Part shown: piece after piece, positions 48,104 through 57,789 of the stretch
How positions within the stretch are numbered: position 1 is the stretch's first letter
Layout: each line of letters starts with the position of its first letter
From: Opitutia bacterium
GTDB taxonomy: Bacteria; Verrucomicrobiota; Verrucomicrobiia; Opitutales; Opitutaceae
Reading direction: 5' to 3'
DNA: 64,000 bases
Assembly: GCA_947452315.1 (NCBI GenBank)
Contig: CANGCX010000005.1
Coordinates: 6,294-70,293, forward strand
Notes under the pieces: generated by a model
Told to the model about the DNA's origin: nothing
Database searches by the model: none
Seen by the model: only the letters and a program-made list of their open reading frames with translations
Made by a program: the position numbers and the translations under genes

Positions 48104-51100
48104 TCAGGCTTTTAACTTAGCTCGGAGGTAAGGCGCGGTGGGGCTTCGTTTGATTTTGAGCAGGCCGTCGATTTCGCCTTGGTATAAAAGCTCGCCGCCG
48201 TCGGGTCCGCCAACCGGACCGAGTTCGATGATGTAATCGGCTTCGGCTAGGAGATCGAGGTGGTGTTCGATGACGACGACGGTGTGGCCTTGGTCGACGA
48301 GTGAATGCAATACGCGTATGAGGCGTTCGCAGTCGCTGAGATGAAGGCCTATAGTAGGTTCCTCGAGCAGGTAGAGGTTGCGTGGGCGTTCACCACGGGA
48401 GCGTTCGCGATAGCTGGCGAGGCCACTGGAAAGTTCTGTGACGAGCTTAAGGCGCTGGGCTTCACCACCGGAGAGCGTGGGTGAGGACTGACCGAGCGTG
48501 AGGTAGCCAAGGCCGCAGTCGATCATGAGTTGGCAGACCTGTGAGAGCTGCGAGTGAAAGTCGAAGAACGTCGCTGCTTCCTCGAAGGTGAGTTGAAGAA
48601 CCTGTCCGATGGATTTACCCTTCCACCTGATCTCGGCTAGGTCGGGTCCATAGCGAAGGCCACGGCAATCGTCACAAGGCAGGTAGGTGTTGGGCATGAA
48701 CGCCATCTCAAGTTTGATTCGACCAGCACCTTCGCACGCGGGGCAACGGCCACCGGTGGTGTTAAATGAAAAGCGAGCCGCGCTGTAGCCGCGGATTTTG
48801 GCTTCGGGCAACGCGGCGAAAAATTGTCGGATCAAATCGAAGATACCGAGATAAGTCGCGGGAGTGGAGCGTGGGGTTTTGCCAATCGGAGACTGGTCGA
48901 CTTCGACTACGGAGCGGAAAATTTCGCCGCCGATGAGTGTTTTGAAAGGTGTGGTAGCGCCATCGGCGTTCAAGCCCGTGGCCTTGTAAAAATCGCGGCC
49001 TGTGAGTTTGGATTTTTTCGCCGCAATCGCGTGCGTGACGGCGGGGTGGAGTACGTCGCGGAAGAGCGTTGATTTACCTGCGCCGCTTGGGCCGGCGACC
49101 ATGACGAGACGGCCGAGCGGCAGGCGCAGGTCGAAGCCTTTGAGATTGCGAAACGTGACATGGGTGAGATCAAGCCAGGCGTTTTTTTCGCGGGGCGCGG
49201 GTAGGGCGCGACGCTGGCCTTGGAGCGGATGCGTGATGCCTTTGGCCAGGAAGAGGCCGGTGAGGGATTGGGCACTCGCGCGGATCTCAGCCGGCGTACC
49301 TTCGGCGAGGAGTTGGCCACCGTGGATGCCGGCCGCAGGGCCGAGATCGATGATGCGATCGGCGCGCGCCATGAGTTCATCATCGTGCTCGACGACGAGG
49401 AGTGTGTTTCCTTTGTCGCGGAGAGTGAGTAGGGTTTCGATGAGGCGTTCGTTGTCGCGGGCGTGGAGGCCTATGCTGGGTTCGTCGAGGACGTAAAGGA
49501 CGCCGGCGAGATTGGTGCCGAGTTGGGCGGCAAGGCGTATGCGTTGGGCTTCACCGCCAGAAAGCGTATCGGTTGGGCGTTCAAGCGAGAGGTAACCGAG
49601 CCCGACGTGATCGAGGAATTTTAGGCGTTCTGCAATTTGTGGGACAATGTCTTGAGTGATAAGCTTGCCGCGGTCGTCGAGCGCTAGCGCGCGCAGGTGC
49701 GAGATGAGTTCGTTGGGGGTAGCGCGAAGCAATGCGGGCAGTGAAAGCGGAGGCTGTTTGGCTGTGGCGCGAAAGTGGAGTTTGACGGAGCGGGCGGTGC
49801 GGTTGAGTCGGTCGCCGTGGCAATCGGGACAAGGTTGTCCTTCGTCGGCGACGTCTTCGGCGGTGTCGATGCCGAATTCGCGTAAGCGAGCAGCGGAGTC
49901 GTCTTTTTCTTCGTCGTCTTTTGGCTCTAGCATCCAAGGGAAAACGCGTCCGTGACCGCGACAAGCGGGACACCAACCCCGAGGTGAATTAAATGAAAAA
50001 TTTTTCGGCTCTAGCTCAGGAAAACTTTCGCCTGTTTCGATATCGGTGCGCGTGGTGGAAAACCACGAGAGTATTTCCCCTTGTGGCGTGAGGAGGAAAC
50101 ACGCGCCTTTACCGACGCTGAGTCCTAGGTCTAGCGCTACGCCAGAACGGGTGTTGTTTTTTAAATCGGCGACGACGACTTCGATGTCGTGCTCACGGTA
50201 GCGGTCGAGTTTTTGAAACGCATCAACGCGGGTCAGGCGGCCATCGGCGCGCATGAGTTCGTAGCCTTGGTTGGCGATCCAGGTGGCGATGGGCTGGTGG
50301 TGGCCCTTACGACCTCGGATGAGTGGTGCGCAGAGATAAAGGTGTTTGGCTTTTCGGGCGGTGGGGGTCGCGAGTACACGGCTGAGGAGGTTTTTCAGCG
50401 AACCGGGGGAGAGGGGCGTGACCGGCTTATCGGTGTCGGGGTGATGTTGAACACCGAGACGAGCGTAAAGTAGGCGGAGGTATTGAGCGACCTCAGTGAT
50501 CGTCGCGACGGTCGATTTGCGTGAGCCGCGGGTGATACGTTGTTCAATCGCGACTGTGGGTGGAATGCCGGTGAGTTGATCTACGTCAGGGCGCGGAAGT
50601 TGTTCTACGAACTGTCGCGCGTACGGCGACATGGACTCCATGAAACGGCGCTGGCCCTCGGCGAATACGATGTCGAAAGCGAGCGTACTCTTGCCGGAGC
50701 CGGAGACGCCCGTGACTACAGAAAGTTGGTGGTGAGGTATGGATAGGGAAAGATTTTTGAGATTGTTTTCGCGGGCGCCCTCGATTCTTAGAGTCTTAGA
50801 AGGTGCATGAGCTACGCGGGCAAGGCGGAGCGACGTGGAGTCAGCTGGGATCGAGATTGATCCCGAATCCGTGGCGAGCGCGGCCATGAGAAACGGAGTG
50901 GTCGCAGTGCTTGAACGGAGAATGAATTCGGGCGGACCTTCGGCGATGATCTGGCCGCCGGCGGCGCCTGCCTCGGGTCCTACTTCGAGGATCCAATCGG
51001 CGGATTTTAGGACGTCGAGATTGTGTTCTATGACAACGAGGCTGTGTCCGGCGTCGACCAGTGCGTGAAGCGCGGCTAGGAGGCGTTTGACGTCGTGGCG

Positions 51101-53860
51101 GTGCAGGCCGGTGGTTGGCTCGTCAAGTAGGATGAGTGCGCCGGTCGTCGGAGCGGGCGAAGTAGACGACGTTTCGGAGGTATCAGCACGTGCTGCTGAA
51201 GCGGAAGAAAAAGCGCTGAGGTAACGGACGAGTTTGAGACGTTGAGATTCTCCACCGCTGAGGGTATTTAGAGGTTGGCCGAGGGTTAGATAACCTAGAC
51301 CGACTGATTCGAGCGTTGAAAGCCTTTGGCGGATTGTGGCGAGCGCGGCGGCGGCGTTGCGAGCTTGGGTGGGAGTTTGGGGTCGATCGCTGGGCGCATC
51401 GCTAAAAAGCGGGATAGCCTCGGTCACACTGGTCGCGAGCAGATCTGCAACAGTGCGATCGCGCCAGCGAATCGCGAGCACCTCAGGTTTAAAGCGTCGG
51501 CCCTCACAGACGGGGCATGGTACAAAAACATCGGAGAGAAATTGCATCTCGACCCGCTCGTATCCGAGACCTTGGCAATGATCGCAGCGGCCTTCTCCGG
51601 AGTTGAAGGAAAAACTTGAGCCGTTAAAACCAGCTGCACCCGCGGCGGGCGTAGCTGCATAGAGTTCGCGGATGAGCTCCCACGCCTCAGTGTAAAGTGC
51701 CGGGTTAGAGCGTGGCGTCCGCGAGAGGGGTGATTGATCGACTAGAACAATTTCGGAAAAGGTGAGGTCGCTCTTGATGGCTGCGATGACAGCCGGATCT
51801 TCCGTGAGTTGGAGCTTTTGGGCAAGTAGGCCTTGATGGATGACGTTGTCGAGTAGCGTGGATTTACCCGAACCAGAGACACCGCTTAGGCATACGAGTC
51901 GCTGGAGTGGAAGACGAAAGGAGACTTCTCGCAGGTTGTGCTTGGTTGCGTTTTGGAAATGGAGCGAGGGGTGGTTCGCGGGTACGGCTCGGCGTGTCGC
52001 CGGCAGCGGAATGGATTGGCGTCCAGAAAGGTACTGACCGGTGATGCTGGTTTCAGATGTGACTAATGCTGGTAGATCGCCTTGAAATACGACGTGGCCA
52101 CCGCGAGCGCCGGGCTCGGGCCCGATTTCGATAACGTGATCAGCAGAGCGAATCATGGCCTCATCGTGCTCTACGACGACCACGGTGTTGCCGGTGTCAG
52201 TCAGCGTACGGATGATCGCGATGAGGCGATCGATGTCGCGCGGATGCAGGCCGACACTCGGTTCGTCGAGTACAAATAACGTGTCGACGAGGGAGGTGCC
52301 CAGGCAGCTCGTAAGGTTGACGCGCTGAACCTCACCGCCGGAGAGCGTTTTAGATTGGCGCTCAAGTGTGAGGTAGCCGAGGCCAACTTGCTGCAAGTAA
52401 CGCAGTCGCGTGAGAATCGCTTGAAGGGCGTGATCGGGGGGAGTCGATGTGCTTCCGCTGGATTTGAGTGTGCGCTTAGCGCTCGGTGATATCAGATCGA
52501 GCAGGGCGCTTACAGGGAGTTGGTAAAGCTCAGGTAGCGTGCGACCCTGCCATTGCCAGCAGAGAGATTCAGGTTGGAGGCGTTGTCCGCTGCAATCGGG
52601 GCAAGGGTTGTAAGCACGATAGCGTGAAAGGAAGACGCGTACATGCATCTTGTACGTAGTTTTTTCGAGCCAGCGAAAGAAACCCTTCACGCCGTACCAA
52701 TACTGGGGCCACGTCTTGTTGTTCTCCTCACCGTAGCCGGGTTCGCCGTCTATGATGAAAGATTTTTGTTCATCAGTCAGCGTGGCGAAGGGGACGTCGG
52801 TGGGGATTTTTTTCTTTTTGGCAAAAACGCGGAGGTCATCGAGTGAAGCTCGGTAGACTTCGCCTTCCCAGCATTTGAGGGCACCATCATTGATGGATAG
52901 CGATTGGTCTGGGATCGCGAGTCGGTAGTCGACTTCGATGACGCGGCCGAAGCCACGGCACTTGGGGCAGGCTCCAAGTGGCGAGTTAAATGAAAAGAGG
53001 GCGGGTGAAGCGGCGCGAAAGGTACGCCCGGTTTTAGGCGAGTGGAGGCCCCGTGAAAAGTGACCGAGCTCCGCGAACGTGTCTGCTGCGAACAGATGAA
53101 CCTGACCGTGTCCGAAATGGAGTGAGGTTTCGACTGCTTCGAGGAAACGCGCGCGCTGGTCGGCGACGATAGCGACGCGGTCTTGGATAACGAAGATTGA
53201 AGTGCCGGATGTAAGCAGGGTTTGAAGCTCGGACGGTTCGAGTAGTAGAGCTTCGATTTTATGGATAGTAACACCTAGAAGGACGCGGACGTAGCCTTGG
53301 TTTTTGAGGCTAGTTAAGATTTCCAGCCAAGTAAGATTGGCGGGTTTCTCGACCCGGAACGCTATAAGCGTGGTACGGGCTGGATGGGCGGCCAAAGATT
53401 TTTGCCAGATTGATGGCGGGTTGTCGTCTACGACAGGTTCACGGGTGGCAGGGTCGTAACAGGTGGCAACTTGGGCGAACCAAACTTTAAAAAAATCGGT
53501 TAGCTCCGTCATCGTGCCGACCGTGGAGCGGGATGTTTTGACGGTGTTAGTCTGCTCTATGGCTATGGACGGTCGGATGTTTTCGATGGAATCGACTTTC
53601 GGTTTATCGAGAAGATCGAGAAACTGGCGGGTGTAGGCGGAAAACGTTTCGACGTAACGACGCTGGCCCTCAGCGTGGAGTGTGTCGAAAACTAGTGAAG
53701 ATTTACCCGCGCCACTCAGACCGGTTACGACAACGTAACGGCCTAGCGGTATATCGAGATCGAAGCCCTTGAGGTTGTTTTGTCGGACGCCGCGAAGGCG
53801 GATGCATTCGGGGGCTGCGACTCTGGTGACGAGGGAAGGGACGGATGATTTTTTAACCAC
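48104..53860 (-). CDS. uvrA: Tandem-fused double UvrA-family ABC ATPase (1,918 aa, four NBDs)
   Basis: Four Walker A motifs (GLSGAGKSS, GVSGSGKST twice, GPSGAGKST) and four LSGGE signatures. Two copies of the UvrA C-terminal zinc finger are present (GRCDHCQGLG..CPVCEGRRF and GRCPACEGAG..CDDCRGLRY). The unit boundary is near aa 975 (about nt 50938). Confidence 0.85.
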   Translation of the reverse strand: MVKKSSVPSLVTRVAAPECIRLRGVRQNNLKGFDLDIPLGRYVVVTGLSGAGKSSLVFDTLHAEGQRRYVETFSAYTRQFLDLLDKPKVDSIENIRPSIAIEQTNTVKTSRSTVGTMTELTDFFKVWFAQVATCYDPATREPVVDDNPPSIWQKSLAAHPARTTLIAFRVEKPANLTWLEILTSLKNQGYVRVLLGVTIHKIEALLLEPSELQTLLTSGTSIFVIQDRVAIVADQRARFLEAVETSLHFGHGQVHLFAADTFAELGHFSRGLHSPKTGRTFRAASPALFSFNSPLGACPKCRGFGRVIEVDYRLAIPDQSLSINDGALKCWEGEVYRASLDDLRVFAKKKKIPTDVPFATLTDEQKSFIIDGEPGYGEENNKTWPQYWYGVKGFFRWLEKTTYKMHVRVFLSRYRAYNPCPDCSGQRLQPESLCWQWQGRTLPELYQLPVSALLDLISPSAKRTLKSSGSTSTPPDHALQAILTRLRYLQQVGLGYLTLERQSKTLSGGEVQRVNLTSCLGTSLVDTLFVLDEPSVGLHPRDIDRLIAIIRTLTDTGNTVVVVEHDEAMIRSADHVIEIGPEPGARGGHVVFQGDLPALVTSETSITGQYLSGRQSIPLPATRRAVPANHPSLHFQNATKHNLREVSFRLPLQRLVCLSGVSGSGKSTLLDNVIHQGLLAQKLQLTEDPAVIAAIKSDLTFSEIVLVDQSPLSRTPRSNPALYTEAWELIRELYAATPAAGAAGFNGSSFSFNSGEGRCDHCQGLGYERVEMQFLSDVFVPCPVCEGRRFKPEVLAIRWRDRTVADLLATSVTEAIPLFSDAPSDRPQTPTQARNAAAALATIRQRLSTLESVGLGYLTLGQPLNTLSGGESQRLKLVRYLSAFSSASAARADTSETSSTSPAPTTGALILLDEPTTGLHRHDVKRLLAALHALVDAGHSLVVIEHNLDVLKSADWILEVGPEAGAAGGQIIAEGPPEFILRSSTATTPFLMAALATDSGSISIPADSTSLRLARVAHAPSKTLRIEGARENNLKNLSLSIPHHQLSVVTGVSGSGKSTLAFDIVFAEGQRRFMESMSPYARQFVEQLPRPDVDQLTGIPPTVAIEQRITRGSRKSTVATITEVAQYLRLLYARLGVQHHPDTDKPVTPLSPGSLKNLLSRVLATPTARKAKHLYLCAPLIRGRKGHHQPIATWIANQGYELMRADGRLTRVDAFQKLDRYREHDIEVVVADLKNNTRSGVALDLGLSVGKGACFLLTPQGEILSWFSTTRTDIETGESFPELEPKNFSFNSPRGWCPACRGHGRVFPWMLEPKDDEEKDDSAARLREFGIDTAEDVADEGQPCPDCHGDRLNRTARSVKLHFRATAKQPPLSLPALLRATPNELISHLRALALDDRGKLITQDIVPQIAERLKFLDHVGLGYLSLERPTDTLSGGEAQRIRLAAQLGTNLAGVLYVLDEPSIGLHARDNERLIETLLTLRDKGNTLLVVEHDDELMARADRIIDLGPAAGIHGGQLLAEGTPAEIRASAQSLTGLFLAKGITHPLQGQRRALPAPREKNAWLDLTHVTFRNLKGFDLRLPLGRLVMVAGPSGAGKSTLFRDVLHPAVTHAIAAKKSKLTGRDFYKATGLNADGATTPFKTLIGGEIFRSVVEVDQSPIGKTPRSTPATYLGIFDLIRQFFAALPEAKIRGYSAARFSFNTTGGRCPACEGAGRIKLEMAFMPNTYLPCDDCRGLRYGPDLAEIRWKGKSIGQVLQLTFEEAATFFDFHSQLSQVCQLMIDCGLGYLTLGQSSPTLSGGEAQRLKLVTELSSGLASYRERSRGERPRNLYLLEEPTIGLHLSDCERLIRVLHSLVDQGHTVVVIEHHLDLLAEADYIIELGPVGGPDGGELLYQGEIDGLLKIKRSPTAPYLRAKLKA

Positions 53861-53941
53861 GGATGGTCACGGATGAATAGGGCGGTGGAGAACGCAAATC
53901 CCGACGTAAGTTCGTGGGACGACATGAGCAGGTTGCGCGTA

Positions 53942-54706
53942 CTATCGTGTGAGAGTGAGTTTAGCCCCGGCCTGGTTTATCGAGCGGATCACCGAGGCTG
54001 TTGGTCGCGTGTCGGTGACTATGTTGAAGCGAGCGTCGAAGGGCGTGGTAAGGCTGAGGGCTTTGCGTCCAAATTTTGATTTATCTAAGGCGAAGATGGT
54101 GCGCTCGGCGGCACCGATCATCTTACGCTGTGCAGCTACGATGAGGGCATTATGATTCCAAATTCCGTTTTCTGTGATGCCTGCGCCGCCGAGTATCGCG
54201 AGATCGGCGTGGGTTTGCTCGAAGGATTGTTCGCAGAGCGGGCCGACGAGCACGCCGAGGCGGCTATAAATGCTGCCGCCGGTGACGATGGTTTCGACGC
54301 TGCCGATTTCGCCGAAGAGGGAGGCAATAGGCAGAGAGTTAGTGATGACCTGGAGGTGTTTATCGGCGAGTAGGCGGGCAACGGCATAGGTGGTGCTGCC
54401 GCCGTCGAGAATGACGGTCATGCCGGGTTGCACCTGGTCGGCGACGAGACGGGCGATGGCGAATTTCTCGTCAGGGTGTCGCTGATTGCGTGCGATAAAA
54501 TCGTATTCTTGGGCGAAGGCATCCGTCTCGATGAGGGAGGCGCCACCGTGGTGTCTTCGAGCGATGCCGCGCGTTTCAAGGGTGTCTAGAACGCGTCGTA
54601 CCGTGGAAAGCGAGCCCCCAAACCGGGTGGCTAGCGTGTGGAGATCGGCGTATTTATGCTCTCGTAAGTAGTGTTCTATGGAGTCGGTGCGCTGTTGGTT
54701 GGTCAT
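53942..54706 (-). CDS. DeoR/GlpR-family transcriptional regulator
   Basis: N-terminal HTH (LHTLATRFGGSLSTVRRVLDTLE) and a DeoR C-terminal sugar-phosphate sensor domain (ILDGGSTT ... LGGAGI). Confidence 0.8.
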   Translation of the reverse strand: MTNQQRTDSIEHYLREHKYADLHTLATRFGGSLSTVRRVLDTLETRGIARRHHGGASLIETDAFAQEYDFIARNQRHPDEKFAIARLVADQVQPGMTVILDGGSTTYAVARLLADKHLQVITNSLPIASLFGEIGSVETIVTGGSIYSRLGVLVGPLCEQSFEQTHADLAILGGAGITENGIWNHNALIVAAQRKMIGAAERTIFALDKSKFGRKALSLTTPFDARFNIVTDTRPTASVIRSINQAGAKLTLTR

Positions 54707-54709
54707 GGA

Positions 54710-55810
54710 TTAGGCGCGGGTATTAAGGTTGGCGAAAAGTTCGAGGTACGCGGCCACTTGCCGGGCGGGATCGAAGGTGTTTCGCGCGTAGTCACGGGCA
54801 GCAGCAGCCAACTTGGCGCGGTCGGAATCTGAACATTGAAAGAGCGGGGTGAGGGCGGCCAGGAATGCTTCTCGGTCATTGCGGGGAATGACCCAGCCGG
54901 TGACACCGGGAATAAAACACTCGCCGATACCCTGCGCGGTGTAGGCGACAGCGGGCAGGCCATGGGCCTGGGCCTCTATGAGAAAATTGGACAACGATTC
55001 GCTGGCGGAGGCGTGTACGGCTATGTCGGCCGCAGCGTAAAGCGGGGCGGGGTCGCGTAAAAAACCTAAAAAGCGTACGCGCTCAGTGAGCCCGAGCTCG
55101 GCGGCGAGCTTTTCACAAGCGGCGCGGGCTGGACCTTCGCCCGCGAGCCAAAGCTGCCAATCTGTGGAAGAGGGGATGCCGGCAGCGAGTTGGATGAGTT
55201 CGCGCTGGTTTTTCTCTGGGCGAAACATGGCGACGTTAAGCAATATCTTCGTCGTGGCGCGAGCGCCGTATTGGGCCCGTAGAGTGGCGGCTGATGCAGG
55301 TGCGGCAATCGCGGGGAAAACGAGAGAGTTGTGAATCACGGAAATTTTATCCGCGGAAACACAGTAATTGGAGGAGAGCGTGGCGCGGGCCTCGTGGCTG
55401 TTAGCTATAATATGAGTAGCAGCGCGCAGAGAGCGTCTAAAGAAGTAGGGTAGGGCCTTGCCGGTACGCATAGTTGCGACCACAGCGGTTTGCGGCCAGC
55501 GATCTTGCACGAGATTGCGCAGAGTAAACGCATAACAATTTGCCATGCGCCCCATGCACAAAATGAGGTCAGGCGCTATCGTCTCTACGGCCTTAAACAA
55601 TCCGGGGGCGAACCAATCTAGACGCAGGTCAAATGACTGAAGAGCACGATGCTTCACAGCCGGCGCGAGCGTGCCGTGTAAAGCCCCCAGGGGCCTAAAC
55701 GTCAAAAGTGTTGTGGCGTGATTGGCAGCGCTAAACGCGTTGGCGAGCAGAACAGATTGTCGCTCCGTGCCTCCGCTGCGGAGATAGTCTTGGACGATGA
55801 GAATTTTCAT
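54710..55810 (-). CDS. Glycosyltransferase, GT-B fold (family 4-like)
   Basis: MKILIVQDYLRSGGTERQ start and the C-terminal E..S..LIEAQAHGLPAVA motif. Confidence 0.75.
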   Translation of the reverse strand: MKILIVQDYLRSGGTERQSVLLANAFSAANHATTLLTFRPLGALHGTLAPAVKHRALQSFDLRLDWFAPGLFKAVETIAPDLILCMGRMANCYAFTLRNLVQDRWPQTAVVATMRTGKALPYFFRRSLRAATHIIANSHEARATLSSNYCVSADKISVIHNSLVFPAIAAPASAATLRAQYGARATTKILLNVAMFRPEKNQRELIQLAAGIPSSTDWQLWLAGEGPARAACEKLAAELGLTERVRFLGFLRDPAPLYAAADIAVHASASESLSNFLIEAQAHGLPAVAYTAQGIGECFIPGVTGWVIPRNDREAFLAALTPLFQCSDSDRAKLAAAARDYARNTFDPARQVAAYLELFANLNTRA

Positions 55811-55845
55811 TGCCGGTTAATCAGCGGGGCGGAGAGTGGCGGACT

Positions 55846-56274
55846 ATGAATTCGGCGTTATCGCAACTTTTCCTGCGTTGGGCGATCCTTGCGTTAGGGG
55901 TCATGCTCGCAACCAAACTCGGTATCGGCATCCGATGCGACAGTGGTTCGACGCTGTTGGTTGTGGTCGTATTATTAAGTTTCTTCAATGCGATCCTGAA
56001 GCCTTTGATGGTGCTGTTTACGCTGCCCTTCATTTTGCTCACCTTGGGCTTGGGGATGGTCGTGATCAATGCCTTGTTATTTTTGCTAGTGGCAAGGTTG
56101 GTGGACGGTTTTTACGTGGCGAGCTTTTGGTCGGCGGTAGGTGGAGCCATCGTTGTTAGCCTTACGAATCTGGTTTTGAACCTGTTTACGCGCGGTCCGC
56201 GGGGTCCGAGCGGAGGCTTTGGGGGCTCGACGCGGCCGAAAAAGGAAAAACCGGCTGACGTCATTGATATTTAA
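55846..56274 (+). CDS. DUF360 / holin family IV-like small membrane protein
   Basis: Four predicted TM helices, the typical FNAILKPLM.LFTLPF..LTLGL motif, and a basic Gly/Pro-rich tail. ATG at 55846. Confidence 0.6.
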   Translation: MNSALSQLFLRWAILALGVMLATKLGIGIRCDSGSTLLVVVVLLSFFNAILKPLMVLFTLPFILLTLGLGMVVINALLFLLVARLVDGFYVASFWSAVGGAIVVSLTNLVLNLFTRGPRGPSGGFGGSTRPKKEKPADVIDI

Positions 56275-56325
56275 ACAGACTGAGTTTCCGTTTGACGGAG
56301 GTGGAGGCGATTGCAGGTTGGCGAG

Positions 56326-57723
56326 ATGGCAGAATCCATGGAATACGATCTCGTTGTCATTGGCGGCGGCCCGGCGGGCTACGCGGGTGCGATCCGCGCC
56401 GGACAACTCGGCAAGAAAGTCGCGTGCATCGAGATGGAGCGCGCTGGCGGCACATGCCTTAACTGGGGCTGTATCCCGACTAAGGCGTTGCTGAAGAGCG
56501 CTGAGCTTTTTCAGAAGATTAAAAAGGCCGACGCTTACGGTATTTCCGTTAAAGACGTGGGTTTTGATTTCGCCAAAGTCATGGAGCGTTCGAGAGGCGT
56601 TGCCGGCCAGATGGCCAAGGGCATTGAATTTCTATTTAAGAAAAATAAGGTCGATTACTACGTTGGTCGCGCGCAGGTCACGGCACCCGGCATGGTCACG
56701 ATCACGGAAGGTGAACACGTCGGAAAATATTTGAAGGCCAAGAACGTGCTCGTCGCCACCGGATGCAAGATGCGCCGGATTCCTGGGCTCGAATTTGATG
56801 GTGTGCGGGTGATGACGTCACGTGAGGCGCTCGCTAATCTAAAATTGCCCAAGTCTATTATCATCGTGGGCGCAGGCGCAATTGGCGTCGAGTTCGCGTA
56901 CCTCTATAATTCGTTCGGATCGAAGGTTACTCTCGTCGAGATGTTGCCTCAAATTTTGCCTGTGGAGGACGAAGAAGTGGCCAAGGCGCTCGCGCGCTCG
57001 TTCGAGAAGCAAGGTGTGGCGTTGCACACGAACACAAAGTGCGAAAATTTTCGTGTCGGTAAAAACTCAGTGAAGGTCGATCTCGTTGCGGGCGACCAGA
57101 AGACCGAAGTTGAGGCCGAGGTCTTATTGTCTGCGATCGGCGTAGTGGCGAATCTTGAAGGCGCTTTTGCCGCCAATCTCAAACCTGAGCTGGATCGCAC
57201 TTACCTTAAAGTCGGCGAAGACTATCAGACCAGTATTAAGGGCGTTTACGCGGCGGGCGACATTATCGGGCCCCCCTGGCTTGCGCACGTAGCCACGTTT
57301 GAAGCGATCAACGCGGTTAATGGTATGTTTGGCCATGGCCACCCGAAGCGGGTGAAAAATTTTCCGGGCTGCACCTATTGTCAGCCTCAGGTTGCCAGCA
57401 CGGGTCTCACCGAGAAGGCTGCGAAGGAAAAAGGGCTTTCGTACAAAGTTGGAAAATTTCCTTTCACTGCTTCCGGCAAAGCGGTCGCAGCGGCGGAGAG
57501 CGAAGGTTTCGTCAAAGTCATCGCCGATGCGAAGACGGGCGAAATTTACGGTGCGCACATTATCGGGGCTGAGGCCACCGAGTTGATCGCGGAGTATGGT
57601 TTGGCTATGGATCTAGAGGCTTCGGTCGATGAGATTCACCACACAATTCATGCTCATCCTACGCTAAGCGAAGCCAACATGGAGGCCGCGGCTGCGGTCA
57701 CCGGCGAAGCGATCCATATCTAA
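56326..57723 (+). CDS. lpd: Dihydrolipoyl dehydrogenase
   Basis: FAD-binding VVIGGGPAGY, redox disulfide GGTCLNWGCIPTK, NAD-binding IVGAGAIGVE, and the C-terminal HAHPTLSE. Confidence 0.9.
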   Translation: MAESMEYDLVVIGGGPAGYAGAIRAGQLGKKVACIEMERAGGTCLNWGCIPTKALLKSAELFQKIKKADAYGISVKDVGFDFAKVMERSRGVAGQMAKGIEFLFKKNKVDYYVGRAQVTAPGMVTITEGEHVGKYLKAKNVLVATGCKMRRIPGLEFDGVRVMTSREALANLKLPKSIIIVGAGAIGVEFAYLYNSFGSKVTLVEMLPQILPVEDEEVAKALARSFEKQGVALHTNTKCENFRVGKNSVKVDLVAGDQKTEVEAEVLLSAIGVVANLEGAFAANLKPELDRTYLKVGEDYQTSIKGVYAAGDIIGPPWLAHVATFEAINAVNGMFGHGHPKRVKNFPGCTYCQPQVASTGLTEKAAKEKGLSYKVGKFPFTASGKAVAAAESEGFVKVIADAKTGEIYGAHIIGAEATELIAEYGLAMDLEASVDEIHHTIHAHPTLSEANMEAAAAVTGEAIHI

Positions 57724-57742
57724 GCGTTTCTTTTCGCTCAGG

Positions 57743-57767
57743 CCGCATCCATCATTGTGGGATGCGG
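57743..57767. terminator. Hairpin between convergent lpd and pyrophosphatase genes
   Basis: CCGCATCC-ATCATTGTG-GGATGCGG. The U-tract is weak, so function as a terminator is tentative. Confidence 0.35.
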
Positions 57768-57789
57768 TCTGTAAGCGAGCAGCTCGAGC

